Shown here: one piece after another, positions 57,791 through 64,000 of the stretch
Position numbering within the stretch: position 1 is the stretch's first letter
Layout of the letters: each line of letters opens with the position of its first letter
Made by a program: the position numbers and the translations under genes
The notes under the pieces: generated by a model
The model's database searches: none
What the model was told of the DNA's origin: nothing
Seen by the model: the letters and a program-made list of their open reading frames with translations, nothing else
Origin: a virus
Virus record (IMG/VR): IMGVR_UViG_3300029266_001112
Span: 6,972-70,971 of that record
Length of the DNA: 64,000 nucleotides
Strand: one strand, 5' to 3'

Positions 57791-59384
57791 ACGTCAAACA
57801 ACAGAGTCATATCTTGGTAATATGAGTGTAAAACGTGACGGTGTGATTCAAGAATGGACACAAGCAAGCGTTTTAGAATATCAAAAGTGCATGAAAAACC
57901 CAGCATATTTTGCGAAAACTTATTGCAAAATAATATCACTTGATCGAGGTCTTGTGAATTTTGAACTATATCCATATCAAGAAAAAATGTTTAAACAGTT
58001 CAATGACAATAGATTTTCGATAGTTCTCGCGTGTAGGCAGTCAGGAAAGTCTATATCATCTGTAGCATATTTACTTTGGTTTGCACTATTTAATCCAGAA
58101 CAAGTTATTGCTGTTATGGCAAACAAGGGTGCGACTGCAAGAGAAATGTTAGGAAGAGTCACTCTTATGCTAGAGAATCTTCCGTTTTTTTTACAACCTG
58201 GATGTAAAGCACTTAATAAAGGATCAATAGAATTTAGTAATAATTCTAGGATCGTGGCAGCAGCAACTTCTGGTTCTTCTATTCGTGGTATGTCTGTGAA
58301 CCTTCTATATCTTGATGAGTTTGCATTTGTAGAGAGAGCGAATGAGTTCTATACTTCAACATATCCTGTTGTATCTGCTGGTGAAAATACTAAAGTTATC
58401 ATTACATCCACTGCTAATGGCATAGGAAACGTATTCCATAAAATTTGGGAAGGGGCAGTTCAAGAAGTAAATGAATATAAACCTTTTAGAGTTGATTGGT
58501 GGGATGTTCCAGGAAGAGATGATGCATGGAAAAATTCAACTATAAACAACACATCTAAAATCCAATTTGATCAAGAATTTGGGAATACATTTATAGGAAC
58601 TGGTAATACGCTTATTGAGGTAGAAACTCTACTTTCGTTATCAGCAAAACAACCGCAGAAAAGAATTGACAGAGACAGCGTTTTAATATATAAAGAACCA
58701 GTTGAAGGTAATACTTATGCTTGCATGGTAGATGTTGCTCAAGGTAGAGGTAGGGATTACTCAACATTTAACATAATAGATATTTCTGATGATGTATTTG
58801 AACAAGTTGCTGTTTACAGAAATAATTTGATATCACCACTACTTTTTCCAAATGTGATTTACAAATACGCCAGAGCATATAATATGGCAACCATCGTAGT
58901 TGAATCAAATGATGCTGGAATGGTTGTGGCAAATGGATTATATCACGATTTAGAATATGAAAATATGTATGTGGAATCTGTGGTAAAGGCAGATTCTATT
59001 GGCATCAAGATGAATAAAAAAGTAAAAAGAATGGGTTGCTCATCATTTAAAGATTTACTTGAAAATAATAAAATTCTTATACATGATGAGGATACTATCC
59101 TAGAAATTTCGACATTTTCTGCAAAAGGAAATTCTTGGGAAGCAAGTGATGGGAATCATGACGATTTAGTGATGAATTTTGTTCTGTTCGGATATTTTGC
59201 AGGAACACTACACTTCAATGAAATCACAGATATAGAAATTAAAGATTTGCTCTTCGCTCAAAGAATGGAAGAAATTGAAAATGATATTCTACCATTTGGA
59301 TTTATAAATGATGGTAGAGAAGAATTAGTAGTCCATGATGAAGCAAATAGATGGCACATACAAACAGAATACGAAAAGTTCTAA
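57783..59384 (+). CDS. gp17: Terminase large subunit gp17
   Basis: LYPYQ, Walker A RQSGKS, Walker B LYLDEFAFV, TSTANG, nuclease motifs DVAQGRGRDYS and HDDLVM; ATG 57783. Confidence 0.95.
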   Translation: MTERQTTESYLGNMSVKRDGVIQEWTQASVLEYQKCMKNPAYFAKTYCKIISLDRGLVNFELYPYQEKMFKQFNDNRFSIVLACRQSGKSISSVAYLLWFALFNPEQVIAVMANKGATAREMLGRVTLMLENLPFFLQPGCKALNKGSIEFSNNSRIVAAATSGSSIRGMSVNLLYLDEFAFVERANEFYTSTYPVVSAGENTKVIITSTANGIGNVFHKIWEGAVQEVNEYKPFRVDWWDVPGRDDAWKNSTINNTSKIQFDQEFGNTFIGTGNTLIEVETLLSLSAKQPQKRIDRDSVLIYKEPVEGNTYACMVDVAQGRGRDYSTFNIIDISDDVFEQVAVYRNNLISPLLFPNVIYKYARAYNMATIVVESNDAGMVVANGLYHDLEYENMYVESVVKADSIGIKMNKKVKRMGCSSFKDLLENNKILIHDEDTILEISTFSAKGNSWEASDGNHDDLVMNFVLFGYFAGTLHFNEITDIEIKDLLFAQRMEEIENDILPFGFINDGREELVVHDEANRWHIQTEYEKF

Positions 59385-59395
59385 AATAAATTTTA

Positions 59396-59403
59396 TATAA
59401 ATA
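59396..59403 (+). promoter_or_regulatory. T4-type late promoter
   Basis: TATAAATA before gp18. Confidence 0.85.
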
Positions 59404-59467
59404 CAACTGATTGAACATAACCGTATTATGAAGAACTTATTAATTTACTTGGAAAAGGAAAAGAGAA

Positions 59468-61207
59468 ATGGCATTAACAGCACCCTCTGAATCTCCTGCA
59501 ATCGTTGTAAAAGAAGTTGATTTAACCAATGGAGTCCCCAACATACCCACCTCAACAGGTGCGTTTGTAGGTAACTTTTCTTGGGGTCCATGCGACACAC
59601 CAACTCTTATAAACAACGAAGCAGCTTTAGTAGGAACCTTTGGAAGTCCAGATACAACCAATACTGGCGACTTCCACAGCGCGAACCAATTTCTACGTTA
59701 TTCTAACGATTTGTATATTGTTAGAGAATACACAGCAGTAGCAAAAAATGCTTCTGATACAAACGCAAGTAGTATACCACTTGTTACTAATAGAGATAAT
59801 TTTGACGCTCAAGTTGCAGCATTAGCAACAGCAACACATAACTTTATAGCAAAATATCCAGGAACATTAGGAAACAGTTTGAAAGTTTCTTTTTCTGGAC
59901 AAGGCGATGCAGGATATTCTAGTTGGCCATATAAGTCATACTATGATGCGGCACCAGGAACATCAGATTTTGCAGCAGCAGTAGGCGCAACAAATGATGA
60001 AGCACATGTTGCAGTTATAGATGAAGATGGAGCAATTACTGGAACTGCGGGTACAGTTTTAGAAACATTCCCATTTGTATCTATTGCATTAGGTGCAAAA
60101 ACCTCAGACGGAACTTCAAACTATATTTTGAATGTTATAAACACCAAATCACAATATATCTGGATGGCAGGAATTGCAACAGCAACCTTTGGAACAAATG
60201 CTGGTAGTGTGCCAGTAGATGCTTTAGATTTTGCTGCTGGTTTAGCGGTTGATGTTAACGTACCATTAATTGGTGGCGTAAATTCAGCAGCACTTGGCGC
60301 AGCAGATTTTGCAACTGGATTTGATAAATTTGAAGACCCAAATGCTTTGTCTATTGACTTTATGATTGCACCAGGTCTATCAACAGCAGCAGACCACGCA
60401 ACTGTTGTGAATGATATGGTCTCCATAGCAGCACAAACTCGTAAAGATTGTATGGTATTGGCATCTCCAAACCGTGCAGCAATTGTCGGACAAACAACTT
60501 CGGCAGCAGCAGTCACGGCAATTACAAGCGCAATGACTTCTAATGCACTTACAAGAAGTTCTTATCTTGCGGTTGACAACAACTATCTAAAAGTTTACGA
60601 TAAATATAATGATCAATACATTTTTATCCCAGCGGCATCCTCTACAGCAGGTATCATGGCAGCAACAGATAATAACTTCGCACCATGGTTTTCACCAGCG
60701 GGTACGCGCAGAGGTCAATATTTTGGTGTAACTAGTTTGGCATACTCGCCAAATAAATCAGAAAGAGATACACTATATAAATTAGGTATCAATCCAATTG
60801 CTAATATTCCAGGTCAAGGTGTATTACTTTATGGTGATAAAACTCACTTAGCAAGACCTTCTGCATTTGATAGAATTAATGTTCGGCGGTTGTTCCTTGT
60901 TCTTGAAAGAGCAATTACAGCAGCAGCACAAAATATTCTGTTCGAATTTAACGATGAATTTACAAGAGCGGAATTTGTAAATATCGTTGAACCTCTACTC
61001 AGAGATGTAAAAGGTAGAAGGGGTATAACCGATTTTAAATTGGTCTGTGATGGTACTAACAATACACCATTAATCATCGACTCAAATCAATTTGTCGCAT
61101 CCCTATTCATCAAACCTGCAAGGTCTATTAACTTCATCACTCTTAACTTTGTTGCTGTTCGCACTGGAGTTTCGTTTGAAGAAGTTGTTGGCACTTCTGG
61201 CGTATAA
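59468..61207 (+). CDS. gp18: Tail sheath protein gp18
   Basis: SP.IVVKEVDLT, PWFSPAG..RG, FDRINVRRLF, FEFNDEFTR and IKPARSINFITLNFVAVRTG. Confidence 0.95.
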   Translation: MALTAPSESPAIVVKEVDLTNGVPNIPTSTGAFVGNFSWGPCDTPTLINNEAALVGTFGSPDTTNTGDFHSANQFLRYSNDLYIVREYTAVAKNASDTNASSIPLVTNRDNFDAQVAALATATHNFIAKYPGTLGNSLKVSFSGQGDAGYSSWPYKSYYDAAPGTSDFAAAVGATNDEAHVAVIDEDGAITGTAGTVLETFPFVSIALGAKTSDGTSNYILNVINTKSQYIWMAGIATATFGTNAGSVPVDALDFAAGLAVDVNVPLIGGVNSAALGAADFATGFDKFEDPNALSIDFMIAPGLSTAADHATVVNDMVSIAAQTRKDCMVLASPNRAAIVGQTTSAAAVTAITSAMTSNALTRSSYLAVDNNYLKVYDKYNDQYIFIPAASSTAGIMAATDNNFAPWFSPAGTRRGQYFGVTSLAYSPNKSERDTLYKLGINPIANIPGQGVLLYGDKTHLARPSAFDRINVRRLFLVLERAITAAAQNILFEFNDEFTRAEFVNIVEPLLRDVKGRRGITDFKLVCDGTNNTPLIIDSNQFVASLFIKPARSINFITLNFVAVRTGVSFEEVVGTSGV

Positions 61208-61228
61208 GATAGCATAGGAGATTAAAAC

Positions 61229-61756
61229 ATGGCAATTTTAGGCGTAGACGATTTCAAAGCAAAATTAAAGGGTGGTGGCGCAAGAGCAAACCTCTTTAAA
61301 GCAACAATTAACTTTCCAGGATATGCGGAGGGTAATGTTGAACTCACATCCTTTATGTGTAGAGCAGCACAACTCCCAGCATCAACACTGAATGCAATTG
61401 AAGTTCCCTTCAGAGGCAGACAGTTGAAAATCGCTGGTGATAGGACATTTGAGACTTGGACCACAACAATCATTAATGATACTGATTTTGGTACAAGAGA
61501 TGCCCTAGAGCGTTGGATGAATGGTATTAATTCACATACATCCAATGTTGGATTTACTAATCCTCAAAGTTATCAAGCAGACCTTTTGGTCGATCAACTT
61601 GATAAAGACGAAAGTGTACTAAAAAGATATGCTTTCAGAGGTTGTTTTCCAACTAACATATCTTCGATTGAACTATCTTATGATACACAAGATGCGATTG
61701 AAGAGTTCACTTGTGAATTCCAAGTTCAGTATTGGGAAAGTAATACCACAAGTTAA
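61229..61756 (+). CDS. gp19: Tail tube protein gp19
   Basis: GGGARANLF, FRGRQLKIAGDRTFETWT.TIIND and IEEFTCEFQVQYWE. Confidence 0.95.
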   Translation: MAILGVDDFKAKLKGGGARANLFKATINFPGYAEGNVELTSFMCRAAQLPASTLNAIEVPFRGRQLKIAGDRTFETWTTTIINDTDFGTRDALERWMNGINSHTSNVGFTNPQSYQADLLVDQLDKDESVLKRYAFRGCFPTNISSIELSYDTQDAIEEFTCEFQVQYWESNTTS

Positions 61757-61758
61757 GG

Positions 61759-61766
61759 TATAAATA
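61759..61766 (+). promoter_or_regulatory. T4-type late promoter
   Basis: TATAAATA directly after the gp19 stop, before gp20. Confidence 0.8.
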
Positions 61767-61775
61767 CTTGTGAAA

Positions 61776-61799
61776 AGTGGGGGGATTCGTTCCCCCACT
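61776..61799. terminator. GC-rich hairpin with UUCG loop between gp19 and gp20 (terminator or 5' stabiliser)
   Basis: AGTGGGGGGA-TTCG-TTCCCCCACT, 10-bp stem with one G-U pair; no U-tract on the + strand. Confidence 0.55.
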
Positions 61800-61823
61800 C
61801 AATATAAATTATAGGAATGTTTC

Positions 61824-63356
61824 ATGGCAGAAAATACAGTTTCGCTCTTTGGTTTTGAGATAAAACGAAAGAAAGAAGGTAATAAGGAAGCAGAGAGAAT
61901 AAAAAGTGTAGTAGCACCACAGAGTGATGATGGTGCTGGATACGTAACTGCGTCTGGAAGTCATTTCGGTCAATACATAGATATTGACGGTGATAATACC
62001 AAAGACAATATTGCTATGATTAATAAGTATAGAGGTATTTCTATCCATCCAGAAGTTGACATGGCAATCGAAGATATTGTGAATGAAGCAATTGTAAATA
62101 ATGCAGAAGAAGATACTTTATCTTTAAATACTGATGGCATAGACGCTCCAGATAATATCAAAAAAGTTATTCAAGAAGAATTTAAAAATGTTCTCGCAAT
62201 GTTTGACGCATCTGAACATGCTCACGATTTGTTCAAAAGATGGTACATTGATGGTAGAATGTACCACCACATTTTGGTTGATGAAAAAAATGAAAAAGCA
62301 GGCATTCAAGAAGTTAGATTTATTGATGCTACAAAAATAAGAAAAATTAAAGAAGTTAAAACTAAGAAAGATCCCGCAACAAATGCGGATATCATCGAAT
62401 CGATCAACGAATATTTCATATACACTGATAAACCAGGAAAATCATCTGCTGGTCAAATTCAAAACAAGGGTGTAAAATTTACACCAGATTCAATTAATTA
62501 TGTAACAAGTGGTCTTTTAGATGAAAGTCGAAAAAAAGTAGTTTCCCATTTGCATAAGTGCATTAAACCTGTCAATCAATTGAGAATGATGGAGGACTCT
62601 CTGGTTATTTACAGATTGAGTCGTGCACCAGAACGTAGAATTTTCTATGTTGATGTGGGTAACTTGCCTAAAGGTAAGGCAGAAGAATATATGAAGAATA
62701 TCATGACTAAGTATCGAAACAAACTCGTTTATGATGCTAGTACTGGTGAATTGCGAGATGACCGAAAGCACATGTCTATGTTGGAAGATTTTTGGTTACC
62801 TAGACGCGAAGGTGGTAGAGGTACTGAAGTTACTACTCTTCCTGGCGGTGATAATTTGGGTCAAATTGAAGATATTATTTATTTCCAAAAACGCTTATAT
62901 CGTTCACTAAATGTTCCACTAAATAGACTTGAGCAAGAATCTCAGTTTTCACTTGGTAAAAGTAATGAGATTACTAGGGAAGAAATTAAATTTTCAAAAT
63001 TCATTGATAGACTTCGCAAAAAATTTGGGATGATTTTTCTACAAGTTTTGAAAAAACAACTTGTGCTTAAAAAGATTATCACTGAGGCAGATTGGGACGT
63101 TTGGAAAAATACCATTTCTGTTGATTTTGCAAGAGATAACTATTTTTCAGAAATGAAAGATGCGGAAGTTCTTAGAGAAAGATTGGCAACTCTTGATATC
63201 ATGACTCAATATGTTGGCGACTACTTTTCCAAAGAATGGGTGTTTAAAAATGTTTTAAAATATTCAGAAGAAGATATCAAAGAACTAAAAACCCAAGTGG
63301 AAGGTGAAATAAAAAGCGGAGAAATCGCAAATCCCGCTGATCAAGAAGAAGAATAA
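61824..63356 (+). CDS. gp20: Portal protein gp20
   Basis: HPEVDMAIEDIVNEAI, RWYIDGR, NQLRMMEDSLVIYRLSRAPERRIFYVDVGNLPK and EDFWLPRREGGRGTEVTTLPGG. Confidence 0.96.
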   Translation: MAENTVSLFGFEIKRKKEGNKEAERIKSVVAPQSDDGAGYVTASGSHFGQYIDIDGDNTKDNIAMINKYRGISIHPEVDMAIEDIVNEAIVNNAEEDTLSLNTDGIDAPDNIKKVIQEEFKNVLAMFDASEHAHDLFKRWYIDGRMYHHILVDEKNEKAGIQEVRFIDATKIRKIKEVKTKKDPATNADIIESINEYFIYTDKPGKSSAGQIQNKGVKFTPDSINYVTSGLLDESRKKVVSHLHKCIKPVNQLRMMEDSLVIYRLSRAPERRIFYVDVGNLPKGKAEEYMKNIMTKYRNKLVYDASTGELRDDRKHMSMLEDFWLPRREGGRGTEVTTLPGGDNLGQIEDIIYFQKRLYRSLNVPLNRLEQESQFSLGKSNEITREEIKFSKFIDRLRKKFGMIFLQVLKKQLVLKKIITEADWDVWKNTISVDFARDNYFSEMKDAEVLRERLATLDIMTQYVGDYFSKEWVFKNVLKYSEEDIKELKTQVEGEIKSGEIANPADQEEE

Positions 63357-63359
63357 AAT

Positions 63360-64000
63360 ATGAAAAATGATATCCTCAAGTATATAGTACATCCTTTTGG
63401 TATTACTGGAATATTAGATTTAAGAGATAATGCCGAAATAGTATTTCCTTATGGTACAACGCATGTTAGCATAGGTATTGACTTAGATCAAACTTTTCTG
63501 AAACACAGGGCATGGAAACCAGTTACAGTTGGTGGTGTTGATGTTTCTGGGGAATATCCATATTTTAGACCCAATAACTATGTTTGGCATAACATTGGAG
63601 TAATTCCAACAACACCTTTAAATTTAGATGTTGTAATACAAACATATTCATCCTTAGATGAAACTACTGCTGCACTAAATTTGTGGTCAGATACTGATCA
63701 AGAGCGATATGAAAACATAGGGTTAAAATTAGCAGTTGCTCCAGATGATATAGTATTAGGATCAAATACTGGTCTTACGTCTATTACAGGCAGCACTGAT
63801 GAAGACATACCAACTACAAGTGCAGATGGCGGTAAAAACCCATTCGGAAATTTTGTCGGAATAGATGCCGACAGTGGTAGATTTAATGATCTCTATGCCG
63901 ACAGCGCATATTTTAAATATCTGAGGGCAGATAGTGCCGATATAAAGTGGTTGAGGGCAGATAGTGTTGATATCATTTCTCTTAGGGCAGATAGTGGATA
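63360..64000 (+). CDS. 3'-truncated gene with 10-aa ADS repeats (not in the ORF track)
   Basis: ATG 63360, frame open to the window end: MKNDILKYIVHPFG...ADSGRFNDLY ADSAYFKYLR ADSADIKWLR ADSVDIISLR ADSG. Confidence 0.75.
   Translation, partial: MKNDILKYIVHPFGITGILDLRDNAEIVFPYGTTHVSIGIDLDQTFLKHRAWKPVTVGGVDVSGEYPYFRPNNYVWHNIGVIPTTPLNLDVVIQTYSSLDETTAALNLWSDTDQERYENIGLKLAVAPDDIVLGSNTGLTSITGSTDEDIPTTSADGGKNPFGNFVGIDADSGRFNDLYADSAYFKYLRADSADIKWLRADSVDIISLRADSG

Noticed and set aside
1651-62771. Short minus-strand and alternative-frame ORFs in the track
   Set aside because: They lie within long + strand genes and show no motifs; they are shadow ORFs expected from codon bias.
57783-63356. Inteins or introns in terminase, sheath or portal
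   Set aside because: Lengths are normal and conserved motifs are contiguous.
1-64000. Genome-wide stop-codon reassignment (TAG) to explain the split genes
   Set aside because: TAG ends several genes at natural boundaries (14607, 23817, 26795), very long ORFs are intact under the standard code, and the other split uses TAA with a frame change.
1-64000. tRNA, rRNA or structured ncRNA genes
   Set aside because: Intergenic gaps are under ~90 nt and are occupied by promoters and SD sites; no cloverleaf was recognised by eye.

Overview
This is an AT-rich segment of a T4-like (Tevenvirinae/Kyanoviridae-style, probably aquatic) myophage genome, with all credible genes on the + strand. It holds the late virion module: the end of a probable gp5, then gp25, gp6, a gp7-like gene, gp8, a split large baseplate protein and many fibre/adhesin genes (one of 5167 aa), followed by gp13, a split gp14, gp15, terminase gp16/gp17, sheath gp18, tube gp19 and portal gp20. 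Eleven T4 late promoters (TATAAATA) were found. The stand-out feature is a ~10.4 kb, 13-gene cassette (12169-22569) between two paralogous fibre genes. It encodes four radical SAM/SPASM-type enzymes, one B12-binding-type radical SAM enzyme, one JmjC/cupin and three 2OG-Fe(II) oxygenases, three unknown proteins, and a 284-aa protein ending in a RiPP-core-like tail (CHSNCHSNCHNSRNRR). The cassette starts at a perfect sigma70 promoter (TTGACA-N17-TATAAT), while the putative substrate has a late promoter just upstream. The inferred model is a phage-encoded post-translational maturation system acting on a virion protein. A second signal is strong Asp-Ser (DS) enrichment in fibre, baseplate and neck proteins. 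All assignments are from motif recognition by eye; no searches were run.
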